Of a stretch of DNA of 38,480 nt, positions 8,985-17,402 are shown one piece after another. Origin of the DNA: a virus. The position numbers were made by a program, and so were the translations under genes. Under the pieces are notes generated by a model that was not told the origin of the DNA, searched no databases, and saw only the letters and a list, made by a program, of their open reading frames with translations. The stretch is from the IMG/VR virus record IMGVR_UViG_3300042923_000626, one strand, 5' to 3'. Each line of letters begins with the position of its first letter. Within the stretch, counting starts at the first letter, position 1.

Positions 8985-9275
8985 TTATACTTTAAATCCG
9001 TTCCAAATTTCATCTTCTGTCATATTCCTATAGAGTAAAGTTTCAATATCATGCTTAGTCTGGCTTAAATCTGCCACTAACCCATCAAATTCAGTTCTAG
9101 CATTTATATACATTGGATTACCTTTTCCATCATCTTTGGTCTTATATGTGCCATCTTTATTTTTTAAAGGAGTTTCATATTCTAGCCAAGTATGTGTTTT
9201 AAGGTAAGTTTCAGCCTTACTATTTCTAACTAGCAAGGCATTATATTTCTTTTTTAGCTCTATTAAACTTTCCAT
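8985..9275 (-). CDS. Hypothetical protein
   Basis: 96-aa co-oriented ORF. Confidence 0.5.
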   Translation of the reverse strand: MESLIELKKKYNALLVRNSKAETYLKTHTWLEYETPLKNKDGTYKTKDDGKGNPMYINARTEFDGLVADLSQTKHDIETLLYRNMTEDEIWNGFKV

Positions 9276-9423
9276 GATTTCACCTTATTTTTGCTCTTTT
9301 GATGCAATGATTTTTTATTGCCTGTCCTTCTTACTTCAATCTCTATAGGCTTATCATTACGCAACCTAATTAATGTATTTTTAACAGCTTGTATTATAAT
9401 TTCTTCAACTGTTCTATAAATCA
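9262..9423 (-). CDS. Hypothetical small protein (53 aa)
   Basis: Hand-translated MIYRTVEEIIIQAVKNTLIRLRNDKPIEIEVRRTGNKK... RBS GGAAGTGA. Fills the gap between two genes and overlaps the next start. Confidence 0.4.
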
Positions 9424-9430
9424 TATTTAA

Positions 9431-9907
9431 TCACTTCCTATAGGCATATTTACAGTGTCCAACTTCTGTATATCTATCAAAAGGTGTTATTGCCTGTTCA
9501 TCAAAATGATTGTATAAATCGCAATCCTTAAAGCACTTCTCGCAACCTTGACAATTAATATCCATAGTGATTTCAACTAAACTAAAATACTCCTTATTTT
9601 CTTCATAAGCTGCTCTTTCATCTGCTGATTTTCTCTTTTTAAGTATCTTGTACTTTTCTTCATCAACTGCGCTAATCATCATGTATTTAGCCTTTCTCTC
9701 TAATTTATCAAGTTCTTTAGTACCAATTCGATTAAAGATATTGTCAATTCCCTTCATAATGAATGAGACACCTCTTTTAAAATCTCCTTGACCTTTAGAG
9801 TCTACAAATTTATGAAATCTTTTTGAAATACTGAATACTGCTGTAATAAGTGTTATCATGTCTCTTTCTTCTTCACTATTTAGATAATCTTTCATATTAC
9901 CAAACAA
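9431..9907 (-). CDS. Hypothetical Cys-rich protein
   Basis: 158 aa with a C-terminal CQGCEKCFKDCD...HC cluster. Start is ambiguous: TTG at 9907 or ATG at 9895. Confidence 0.55.
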   Translation of the reverse strand: MFGNMKDYLNSEEERDMITLITAVFSISKRFHKFVDSKGQGDFKRGVSFIMKGIDNIFNRIGTKELDKLERKAKYMMISAVDEEKYKILKKRKSADERAAYEENKEYFSLVEITMDINCQGCEKCFKDCDLYNHFDEQAITPFDRYTEVGHCKYAYRK

Positions 9908-9912
9908 CTCCT

Positions 9913-10212
9913 TTACCTTGGTCTATTCTTGATTTTCTCAAGATGCAATGGATAAAGTTTCATTACTTCATCAGCAGATATTTCATATTTATCTAACATT
10001 CCTAATGATGATTGGACCTTATCCCAAAATTCTTCGATTACATGAAGCCTATTTTTAACGGACCTATTTTCTAGAAAAAATATAAGTGCTTCATCAAACT
10101 CAATATTTTCTTCCTTAACTTTATAAAGTTGCTCTAATTCACTTACTTTACTTAAATCAATATTTACAAGCTTTATATTCTCTACAGGCTCATTATTATT
10201 CATTAGAATCAA
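9913..10212 (-). CDS. Hypothetical protein
   Basis: 99-aa co-oriented ORF. Confidence 0.5.
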   Translation of the reverse strand: MILMNNNEPVENIKLVNIDLSKVSELEQLYKVKEENIEFDEALIFFLENRSVKNRLHVIEEFWDKVQSSLGMLDKYEISADEVMKLYPLHLEKIKNRPR

Positions 10213-10642
10213 CCTCGCTCTCTTCTATATACCATTTGCCTTCTTGAATTATTGTTTTAATATCTATTTGGTTGTTAGTTAAAGTAAACAGAACCCAATC
10301 CAAATCATTAAAATCTGATATTTTTTTATTACTATATACAGTAAGGTCAGTATCTATTAATTCATGTTCAACTTTGCACTTCTTACCACTTTTAACTACT
10401 TCCATAAAGCTTACAGGCTGTTGAATTGGAATGAATACTCCATTAATTAAATAATCATATGGTTTCATAAAAGTACCATCAGGATGGCTTTTCCAGTCTA
10501 TATGCTTAGTGTTTCTATCACTTGCTAAACTTCTATAAATCACCATTGTATTATTAGGTATCTTTTTGCCATCAAAAATAACTTCGAATTCAGTACCTAA
10601 AGGCATTTTCATAGCCTCGATTATATTTAACTTTTTACTCAT
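10196..10642 (-). CDS. Hypothetical protein (148 aa, start trimmed)
   Basis: The track ORF 10196..10723 overlaps the upstream gene. An internal ATG at 10642 (MSKKLNII...) follows GGAG with good spacing. Confidence 0.55.
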   Translation of the reverse strand: MSKKLNIIEAMKMPLGTEFEVIFDGKKIPNNTMVIYRSLASDRNTKHIDWKSHPDGTFMKPYDYLINGVFIPIQQPVSFMEVVKSGKKCKVEHELIDTDLTVYSNKKISDFNDLDWVLFTLTNNQIDIKTIIQEGKWYIEESEVDSNE

Positions 10643-10877
10643 TAATATCAACTCCATTATCATTTTTAAATTGAATATTGTTTGTTGCTTCTTCCCAACA
10701 ATCTCTACACCTAATCGAATCATTTCCTAAACATTTGCTTGTCCTTTTAAAACTCTTAAGCCTATAAGAATGAGGACAATCATGGTCTTGATTTAATATT
10801 CCTAAGTTTATTTGACATGATTGAGTTAGAAACTCTTCTCTTGTCATGGTCTTAGCAACTTCTTTTATATCAATCAT
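10635..10877 (-). CDS. Small Cys-rich protein, paralogous to the N-terminus of 14147..14713
   Basis: 80 aa. MTREEFL...DCP...C...RCRDCWEEATNNIQFKNDN aligns with MTKEEFF...GCP...C...TCEECWLKAIEKNNIKFKDDE. Confidence 0.6.
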   Translation of the reverse strand: MIDIKEVAKTMTREEFLTQSCQINLGILNQDHDCPHSYRLKSFKRTSKCLGNDSIRCRDCWEEATNNIQFKNDNGVDINE

Positions 10878-11589
10878 TTATATCGCTCTCACTTTCCTCT
10901 ATTAAATCCCACATAAATTCATCACAATAACCCTCATGAACTAGCTTATTTCTTACTCCATACTTTAAAGTATTAAATATCTCGCTACCCATGCATTCCT
11001 TACCTATAGGGCGAATAATAGTCCTAAACTCTCTTTCTAAGGATTTTACTCTAGCATATAAGGATTCTTTTTTGTATTGACTTCTATAGTTACCTCTTCT
11101 TATATTTTCATCAAAGTTTTTATCCTCTACAAATATAAAAAACTCAATACCGTTTTTATTTATACTGGTCAATTCTTGCTTAAATCTGTTATAATCAGAC
11201 TTTAGAACCTTAGCTAAATAATCTTTCCCAAGTAAATCAATTATCTCCTTATTTATCTCGTTGATATTAGTCTTTTTATCCTTAAAGTTCATTGCAATTT
11301 CATCAATACAAAATTTTCTTTCAATAACAATATCATTCGTGAAATAAATGTCCCTTTGTTGCCCTTTAAAGCTACCTTGTGGCAACATAACCGAATAATC
11401 CCCATAGTCAAGTTTTACGTTTTTATAATTAATTCCTTTAAGTTTAAAAAAATCAATTATATGTTTATTGGTTTGTTCTCTGGTATCGCAAAGTATTGTT
11501 AAATTCTTTTGTATACTATCGATTTCTCTATCTACAAATTGATATCTCAAATTTTCACCATCCTTTAGAGCAATTGAGCAAATAACCAA
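10870..11589 (-). CDS. ERCC4-type (XPF/Mus81-like) structure-specific nuclease
   Basis: 239 aa with DTRE...GDYSV...VIERKFCIDEI, matching the GDxn-ERKxxxD signature. Start is uncertain: TTG at 11589 has poor RBS spacing, and TTG at 11550 is an alternative. Confidence 0.6.
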   Translation of the reverse strand: MVICSIALKDGENLRYQFVDREIDSIQKNLTILCDTREQTNKHIIDFFKLKGINYKNVKLDYGDYSVMLPQGSFKGQQRDIYFTNDIVIERKFCIDEIAMNFKDKKTNINEINKEIIDLLGKDYLAKVLKSDYNRFKQELTSINKNGIEFFIFVEDKNFDENIRRGNYRSQYKKESLYARVKSLEREFRTIIRPIGKECMGSEIFNTLKYGVRNKLVHEGYCDEFMWDLIEESESDIND

Positions 11590-11619
11590 ATTGTTAAATG
11601 CTCAAAACTCCTAATTAAA

Positions 11620-11814
11620 TTATTCAAAATCACTTAAATCTCTAGTTTTCTCCATTATTCCTCCACAATGTTTACAAACCATTCTTTTGGCATAATAGAT
11701 ATTTCCTTTTTTAGATATTATCTTAGTACTTTTATACTCTCCATCACTTCTTGGCCATGGCTCTTTTGCGGTTCTTGGAGGGCATTTTGGGTTATAACAA
11801 TAATAAGTAACCAT
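11620..11814 (-). CDS. Zinc-ribbon small protein
   Basis: 64 aa with CYNPKCP...CKHCGG. Confidence 0.55.
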   Translation of the reverse strand: MVTYYCYNPKCPPRTAKEPWPRSDGEYKSTKIISKKGNIYYAKRMVCKHCGGIMEKTRDLSDFE

Positions 11815-11830
11815 TTATACCTCCTATAGG

Positions 11831-12196
11831 CTATATTTCTGCAAATGCTAATGATACATTATCAAAAATTACTTTCTTAGTTTTATCTGTAACTAAGTTT
11901 TGATTTTCACATGAAGCACCTGCTATTACTTGCTCACTTTGGCAATAACATTGTTTATTTAAAAGGCATCTTTGATTTAAACAACTCTTATCTTTTATTA
12001 ATTCACTATCATCTTTAGTTAGTTCTACTGGATCAGCAATTCCAAAATAATCTGCAAGTTTCTTCAATCTATCATTTGATGTATTATAGTGCTTATTTTC
12101 AACATTACGAATTGTAAGTTCTCCAACACCAGTTTCCTTTTCTAATTGCCTATAGGTTAGACCTCTTTCAAGTCTAAGCTTTCTTAATAAAATCAT
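11831..12196 (-). CDS. XRE-family HTH protein with Cys-rich C-terminus
   Basis: 121 aa with an HTH_3-like LRLERGLTYRQLEKETGVGELTIRNVE. Confidence 0.65.
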   Translation of the reverse strand: MILLRKLRLERGLTYRQLEKETGVGELTIRNVENKHYNTSNDRLKKLADYFGIADPVELTKDDSELIKDKSCLNQRCLLNKQCYCQSEQVIAGASCENQNLVTDKTKKVIFDNVSLAFAEI

Positions 12197-12208
12197 AATT
12201 GCGCCTCC

Positions 12209-12793
12209 TTAGAACGGCATGTCCCCATCATCTACTGGCATAATATCTTCATTAGGGTTATTTCCATTAGGATACTTTAATTTATCCTTAGGTACTTCAA
12301 CGCCTTCCTTAATTTTTGCTACACTTTCAAAATTAAATATTTTAGTTGCAAATTTTAATTCACCAGTTGCTTGAACTTCATATTGTTCACGTCCAAATAC
12401 TGCACCTACTAATTTATTTTTAAATCCATTACGAAATTTAATATTTTGTGGGTCATTATCATCAAAAGGTTCTACCCAGCCAGGATTTGAGGATTTAATC
12501 GAATCTGTAAGGTTTTTAAAAAATGCATTAGTAGAACCATTTTTATTAAACATTATTTGTCCATGAACTCCACGCCACTTTTTAGGACTTCTATTATCAT
12601 TATCAAAAGAATTTTGAAAGAATCCAGCTTGCTTATCTGTTGTGTGCATATCATATTTTAGAACTATTCTTTCTAGTCCATTTGTTGTTGTTTCTACCCT
12701 TACATCTTTGATTATTATTATATGTCCTCCTAGTTCTACAGTTGGAAATCCTCCTGCTGCTTGTACTTGGTCAAAATCACTTGGCTTTCTCAT
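12209..12793 (-). CDS. DUF669-like protein with SSB-type acidic C-terminal tip (putative ssDNA-binding protein)
   Basis: 194 aa ending in DDGDMPF, like the SSB tail DDDIPF. Located downstream of a P-loop recombination-type ATPase, as in Sak4-type modules. Confidence 0.5.
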   Translation of the reverse strand: MRKPSDFDQVQAAGGFPTVELGGHIIIIKDVRVETTTNGLERIVLKYDMHTTDKQAGFFQNSFDNDNRSPKKWRGVHGQIMFNKNGSTNAFFKNLTDSIKSSNPGWVEPFDDNDPQNIKFRNGFKNKLVGAVFGREQYEVQATGELKFATKIFNFESVAKIKEGVEVPKDKLKYPNGNNPNEDIMPVDDGDMPF

Positions 12794-12795
12794 AA

Positions 12796-13125
12796 TTAAT
12801 TATCCCCCTTAGCTGCTTTAATGCTTATTTGATGTATATCAATTTCCTTATAAAGTTCTGCAATGTCTATATGATCTATTTCTTTGTTATTAACCTTAGT
12901 TACTGTAGTTTCAACTTTCTCTTTTTCTAAGCCTTGTCTTACACTATCAGCTATCTTTACGCTGCCTTTAGAGCAAGCCCATTCAGTCAATTTATTTTGC
13001 TCCATGAATTGTTCAAGTTCTTCTTTTGCTCCTGTTATATAAGCCTTATCACTCTTTGCAGCTTCTCTTTTCTCTAAGATTGTTGCAATTAATTGTTCTG
13101 CTCTTGCTTCACTAATTTTCTCCAT
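12796..13125 (-). CDS. Hypothetical coiled-coil protein
   Basis: 109-aa ORF inside the recombination module. Confidence 0.5.
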   Translation of the reverse strand: MEKISEARAEQLIATILEKREAAKSDKAYITGAKEELEQFMEQNKLTEWACSKGSVKIADSVRQGLEKEKVETTVTKVNNKEIDHIDIAELYKEIDIHQISIKAAKGDN

Positions 13126-13127
13126 AA

Positions 13128-13310
13128 TTATTCTTCCTCACTTTCAAATTTGTATTTTTCTTCTATCTGTAATTGATAACTTAACGCTCTTGTTAAATCC
13201 AATATTGATTCACTTAACGCTCTAGTATTTTCATAAGTTGCATTAACAAAATTTTTATTAAATTCATTAAAACATTGATCTAAACAACTCTTTATTTTTT
13301 CACTTTGCAT
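13128..13310 (-). CDS. Hypothetical protein (60 aa)
   Basis: Co-oriented and tightly packed with neighbours. Confidence 0.45.
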   Translation of the reverse strand: MQSEKIKSCLDQCFNEFNKNFVNATYENTRALSESILDLTRALSYQLQIEEKYKFESEEE

Positions 13311-13362
13311 GTGTTACCTCCTTAAAATTCCTCCAAAGCCTTTAAAACATCAGCCATGTTTA

Positions 13363-14007
13363 TTAACTTTCTACAGGCTTATCAAATTCATAATATTCAC
13401 GTATTGTTTTATCAACTAATTTAAGGTCATTATCTATTTGCAACTCATTAAACATTCCTAAAGGCGATTTACTTACCGCACCACCATCACTTTGAGTAAC
13501 AAAAAACCATTTTCCACTTTCTTTTATTGCTCTGAGAACAATAGTAAACATTCCCTCTAGACATATTTTTTCATCAAGTAATTTTCCTATTGTCTTAGGC
13601 TTTATATCACCAAACTCATTAACATCTTCATGCATTATTACATAGACAATTACGTCTTTTGGTAAGGCACTTACAATGTATTGAATTAAACTCCAGAACC
13701 TATCCGCTAAGTCGTTATACATACCAAAAATTGCATTTCCTTGGCCTTTAGAACTATGATTCTTCATAAACTGATTAGTTATTAAATAACCTGCATCATC
13801 TATTACAATTGACTTTGCTTTGCTGCCTTTAAGCCATGCCATAACTTTTACATAATCATCCGTAGTACCACTACTTATCTTTCCTCTAAATGGTAGTGGC
13901 TTTTCTATTACCTTAATTAATCCCCAAGCATCATTGTTTATACAATTTCTCATGCTTGTACTTTTTCCGGTTCCTGATTTTCCTATAACTAATACTGGTA
14001 TTGCCAT
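13363..14007 (-). CDS. P-loop ATPase, AAA_24/Sak4-like (RecA-core recombination ATPase)
   Basis: 214 aa with Walker A VIGKSGTGKST, Walker B SIVIDDAG, and VYVIMHE. Confidence 0.55.
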   Translation of the reverse strand: MAIPVLVIGKSGTGKSTSMRNCINNDAWGLIKVIEKPLPFRGKISSGTTDDYVKVMAWLKGSKAKSIVIDDAGYLITNQFMKNHSSKGQGNAIFGMYNDLADRFWSLIQYIVSALPKDVIVYVIMHEDVNEFGDIKPKTIGKLLDEKICLEGMFTIVLRAIKESGKWFFVTQSDGGAVSKSPLGMFNELQIDNDLKLVDKTIREYYEFDKPVES

Positions 14008-14159
14008 TACTTATTACCTTCTTTCTTATCCTTACTTGGCTTTTCTAAATTTCTAACAAGAATTACTGCTGATGTATTGCCTCTAGTGTAATGAACATCT
14101 TTTCTAATTCTTAATTCCTCAACTAATAGCCATGTAGGAACTCTTTTTAAATTTGCCAC
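14007..14159 (-). CDS. Hypothetical small basic protein (50 aa)
   Basis: Hand-translated VANLKRVPTWLLVEELRIRKDVHYTRGNTSAVILVRNLEKPSKDKKEGNK. GGAGGA lies 7 nt before the GTG. Its stop overlaps the next ATG (TAATG). Confidence 0.4.
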   Translation of the reverse strand: MANLKRVPTWLLVEELRIRKDVHYTRGNTSAVILVRNLEKPSKDKKEGNK

Positions 14160-14713
14160 TGATTTATCCTCCAGCACTTTTTATTGCCGTTATCTATTCC
14201 CATGTCCCAACTAACAATTTTCCCATAAGTTTGTCCATATTTAGTATCACAGCAAACCATACTTCCTATAGGCAATGTTTCATCAGAAATAAATGTGTAT
14301 CTCTTGCCGCCTTTAGAATGTTCAACTTTATAGATAACCACTTTAGGTTTTATTGAATTTTCTAATTCTTCAAGTTCAAATCCACTAGGCGACCATTCGC
14401 TTCCTAATCTGTCAGCTATTTTGCAGGCGTTTGGTTCACTGAAAGCACACTCTTTGCAATTTTCTTTACTTAAACAATAATCTTGAACTATCTCTAGAGC
14501 ATCAATAACCTTTTGTTCCTCTGGTTCATCATCTTTAAATTTTATATTATTTTTTTCAATAGCCTTTAACCAACATTCTTCGCAAGTAACATTACTACAA
14601 TTTTCTATATACTCATTTTTAAAATTAAACTTATCAGGGCATCCACAATGACCTACTTCTTTTTCAAAAAACTCTTCTTTAGTCATTTTTTGAGTTATAT
14701 TCTTAAAAATCAT
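14147..14713 (-). CDS. Cys-rich protein (two Cys clusters), N-terminal domain paralogous to 10635..10877
   Basis: 188 aa. See the alignment given for 10635..10877. A second cluster reads CLSKENCKECAFSEPNAC. Confidence 0.6.
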   Translation of the reverse strand: MIFKNITQKMTKEEFFEKEVGHCGCPDKFNFKNEYIENCSNVTCEECWLKAIEKNNIKFKDDEPEEQKVIDALEIVQDYCLSKENCKECAFSEPNACKIADRLGSEWSPSGFELEELENSIKPKVVIYKVEHSKGGKRYTFISDETLPIGSMVCCDTKYGQTYGKIVSWDMGIDNGNKKCWRINQWQI

Positions 14714-14736
14714 TTACTTTTCACTCTCCTTAACTT

Positions 14737-14934
14737 TCACAAAACTTTATCAGCTATTTCTAATACTTCTAGTACCTCAGAATAATACTGTAAGCCTTTA
14801 GTAGCTTTAGTTAATTTACTATCTAAATATCTTTTACAATCTATGCTTACAGGCTGTTCTAAGCATTCTTCAAGGTCTTTGATATACAGCTCAATCTCAT
14901 CTATTTTTTTCTTTGTTTCAGTAATTAAATTCAT
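14737..14934 (-). CDS. Hypothetical protein (65 aa)
   Basis: Co-oriented ORF. Confidence 0.45.
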   Translation of the reverse strand: MNLITETKKKIDEIELYIKDLEECLEQPVSIDCKRYLDSKLTKATKGLQYYSEVLEVLEIADKVL

Positions 14935-14942
14935 ACATCCAC

Positions 14943-15134
14943 CTACTTCTCAACATCAGATATAACAACATCTAAAGTCTCAATTACGTCAATAATCATG
15001 CTCCAAAGTTCATAATAATTATTATCTAAGTCTTCAGCGTATTCATTATCAGGCAACTGGTTTCTAACATGTTGTACTAAAGTATTAACCATAGTTGCCT
15101 TTTCTTTTAGTTGTCTTAAACTAACTTTTGCCAT
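14943..15134 (-). CDS. Hypothetical protein (63 aa)
   Basis: Co-oriented ORF. Confidence 0.45.
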   Translation of the reverse strand: MAKVSLRQLKEKATMVNTLVQHVRNQLPDNEYAEDLDNNYYELWSMIIDVIETLDVVISDVEK

Positions 15135-15193
15135 TTACATCCCTCCATTTTGTGATATAATTGACTTAAATTTATTACCCAAGCTATTTTGAA

Positions 15194-15361
15194 TTACTTG
15201 CCGGTGTTCTTAATAGCTTTTTGTTTGTCCAGTTCCTCCTGTAGAACCTCTGCGAATGTCCGACTATCACCTTTAGAGCATTTATCTTGAACTCTACAGG
15301 TTATCTCTTTAGCCTTTTTCCTATCGGCAGCTATCTTAGCGATAATATCAATATTACCCAT
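15194..15361 (-). CDS. Hypothetical small protein (55 aa)
   Basis: Hand-translated MGNIDIIAKIAADRKKAKEITCRVQDKCSKGDSRTFAEVLQEELDKQKAIKNTGK. Its ATG abuts the upstream stop (TAGATG). Confidence 0.45.
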   Translation of the reverse strand: MGNIDIIAKIAADRKKAKEITCRVQDKCSKGDSRTFAEVLQEELDKQKAIKNTGK

Positions 15362-15565
15362 CTAAACCTCCTTATCATTCTCTTTCCAGTACTTTTTTAA
15401 TAATCTTGTAAGTTCCTCCAACACTTCTTCTTTGCTCATTTGTTCATCAGCTATTAAATTAATAGCTGTATTAACTACACCGCCTAAATCTGCTAATATT
15501 TCAAGAGTTGTTCCTCTGATATCTGCCTCTATGATTTCTTGGTTTTTAACCTCAATTCTTAACAT
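15362..15565 (-). CDS. Hypothetical protein (67 aa)
   Basis: Co-oriented ORF. Confidence 0.45.
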   Translation of the reverse strand: MLRIEVKNQEIIEADIRGTTLEILADLGGVVNTAINLIADEQMSKEEVLEELTRLLKKYWKENDKEV

Positions 15566-15724
15566 TTAATCCCTCCTTACTGGTAGTTCTATTTGTTTAG
15601 TTTCCTTATTGTATAGGACCATTTCCTCAGGCGTATTCTTAACTACTAAGTAGCACTTAACTTCATAGCCTTTAGAGATAAGAAACTTTCTTTGCTCTCT
15701 TGTAGGCTTCTTACCATGCTTCAC
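15566..15724 (-). CDS. Small conserved-looking phage protein (52 aa, KKPTReQrkFL type)
   Basis: Hand-translated VKHGKKPTREQRKFLISKGYEVKCYLVVKNTPEEMVLYNKETKQIELPVRRD. Resembles a short protein family common in Firmicutes prophages (from memory, unverified). Start and stop both overlap neighbours. Confidence 0.5.
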   Translation of the reverse strand: MKHGKKPTREQRKFLISKGYEVKCYLVVKNTPEEMVLYNKETKQIELPVRRD

Positions 15725-15882
15725 CTATTCACTATCCTTACTCTTCTAAAAATTGCATTAGCCATATTGCTATATTTTTTAAGTTCTTTCATACATCTAT
15801 GACATATATAAGTACCATTTATGTCTGTTAATCCTACTTGACATGGACATTGATAACACTTTGGATAATCTACTTTTTTCAC
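15721..15882 (-). CDS. Small zinc-ribbon protein (53 aa)
   Basis: Hand-translated VKKVDYPKCYQCPCQVGLTDINGTYICHRCMKELKKY... GGAGG RBS lies 8 nt before the GTG. Confidence 0.5.
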   Translation of the reverse strand: MKKVDYPKCYQCPCQVGLTDINGTYICHRCMKELKKYSNMANAIFRRVRIVNR

Positions 15883-15894
15883 TCTAAAGGCCTC

Positions 15895-16089
15895 CTAATA
15901 ATTAGTCTCTTGAAAACTTTGATACCTAATTAAGTCAATCTGCCTTTGTAATTCTGCAATAGCCTTATCTTGTAGGTGTTGGCAACATTCCTTAGAGCAA
16001 CAATCTTTTTGTACACTATTTCCATGTGGATCAGTAATTAACACTTTATATCCTTTGCTTATTTGCTTGTAGCAAACTTTGCAATACAT
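15895..16089 (-). CDS. Small zinc-binding protein (64 aa)
   Basis: MYCKVCYKQ...CCSKECC. Confidence 0.5.
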   Translation of the reverse strand: MYCKVCYKQISKGYKVLITDPHGNSVQKDCCSKECCQHLQDKAIAELQRQIDLIRYQSFQETNY

Positions 16090-16433
16090 TAGATAAGTTC
16101 AACTCCTTTCATTTTTGACTCTGTAAAGTCCTTAAATTCATGTATAGGCTTGTCTCTGCATATGCAATAGTAAGATAAGAAAATCTTATTATTATCAGCA
16201 TATTTCAAGGCTATTATTTCCCACTTCTTACCGTCTTTAGTTTTAAATTTGGTACCTGTAGGATACATTAAGGATTCCTCCTTAATAACTTGGCATTCAA
16301 AATCAAAATCAAATTCATCTGCTAGGTTTTTAGAAAACTCAAGTACTTCCTTAGCTTCTGCCAAAGATAATGGACTTTCAGCTAATATTTTTACTATCTT
16401 ATAGGCAACTTCTACTTTGTACGCATCATCCAT
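16089..16433 (-). CDS. Hypothetical protein
   Basis: 114-aa co-oriented ORF. Confidence 0.5.
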   Translation of the reverse strand: MDDAYKVEVAYKIVKILAESPLSLAEAKEVLEFSKNLADEFDFDFECQVIKEESLMYPTGTKFKTKDGKKWEIIALKYADNNKIFLSYYCICRDKPIHEFKDFTESKMKGVELI

Positions 16434-16444
16434 AATATTTCCTC

Positions 16445-16972
16445 CTATTTTTCAATTTCTTGGTCTTCTTTAAATTTAGGTAACTTATCTTTCAACTCTT
16501 GGTCTGTTATAGGAACCCCTACTAATTCAACAATAGCTCTAGTTCTTGCACCGCTAAAAAATGAAAGTCCTTTATTATTTAAAATTTTTTCGAGTTTTAA
16601 GAAAGCCATTCTTTTGCTAGTAGCTCTTGAGTAAAGTTTCATTCTATCTTCTTCCATTCCCTCAATACATACGGTATATACGCAATCCATAACTTGTCCA
16701 CTTGCATCTTGAACTTGAGTGTCTAATTTTGCATTAATTAAATTATTAACAGTAACATCTAATACTTTTGCTAGACTTTCAATTTCATCAAGACCTATAC
16801 GATATTTAACATTTTCAATATTTCCTAATCTGCTTAATTTAATTTTTGATTTTTCAGCTAACTCTTTTTGAGTTAATCCCAACTCTTCTCTTTTTTTAAC
16901 AATGTTTATTGCAATATCACAATAAAAGTCATATCCTATTCTTTCTGTAATTGTATCTGTGTAAAACTTCAC
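16445..16972 (-). CDS. XRE-family HTH domain protein
   Basis: 175 aa with LGLTQKELAEKSKIKLSRLGNIE. Confidence 0.6.
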   Translation of the reverse strand: MKFYTDTITERIGYDFYCDIAINIVKKREELGLTQKELAEKSKIKLSRLGNIENVKYRIGLDEIESLAKVLDVTVNNLINAKLDTQVQDASGQVMDCVYTVCIEGMEEDRMKLYSRATSKRMAFLKLEKILNNKGLSFFSGARTRAIVELVGVPITDQELKDKLPKFKEDQEIEK

Positions 16973-17092
16973 TTTTATTCCTCCTAAAATTTAATATTTA
17001 ACTTTTCCGAATACTCTCTTAGCCTGTAGTGAGTTTAGTATTTCCTATAGGCATTGCCTACGTATTAACTACAGCTTGACCAATAAAATACA

Positions 17093-17305
17093 TTAAAAAT
17101 TAATTGAATCGCTTCTAAATCTGTGACCTGCTGTCAACATTCTGTCTATTCTAAAATGTCTTAGAAATCCTCTTTTGACTTTTCCTATTACTTTAGGAAT
17201 TATCATTTCTTCAATTTCGTACCATGCTGGCTTTTCTAAAAAACTTAAGTATATAGGCCTATTAATTACAGAACAAAAATTCGTTCCTAAACCTTTATAA
17301 TACAA
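17093..17305 (-). CDS. Hypothetical basic protein (70 aa)
   Basis: TTG start 7 nt after GGAGG. Flanked by two related ~25-bp direct repeats (17074.. and 17373..). Confidence 0.5.
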   Translation of the reverse strand: MYYKGLGTNFCSVINRPIYLSFLEKPAWYEIEEMIIPKVIGKVKRGFLRHFRIDRMLTAGHRFRSDSINF

Positions 17306-17402
17306 ATAAATTCCTCCTTAATATAATTTCCTCACCCTTAGCACTTAACAGGTGTGTGGTTTATTTGTTAAGGCTTGACTAATAAATAACCTAATACATT
17401 AG

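Noticed and set aside
10643-10723. N-terminal extension of ORF 10196..10723.
   Set aside because: It overlaps the upstream Cys-rich gene by 89 nt. An internal ATG at 10642 has a proper GGAG RBS.
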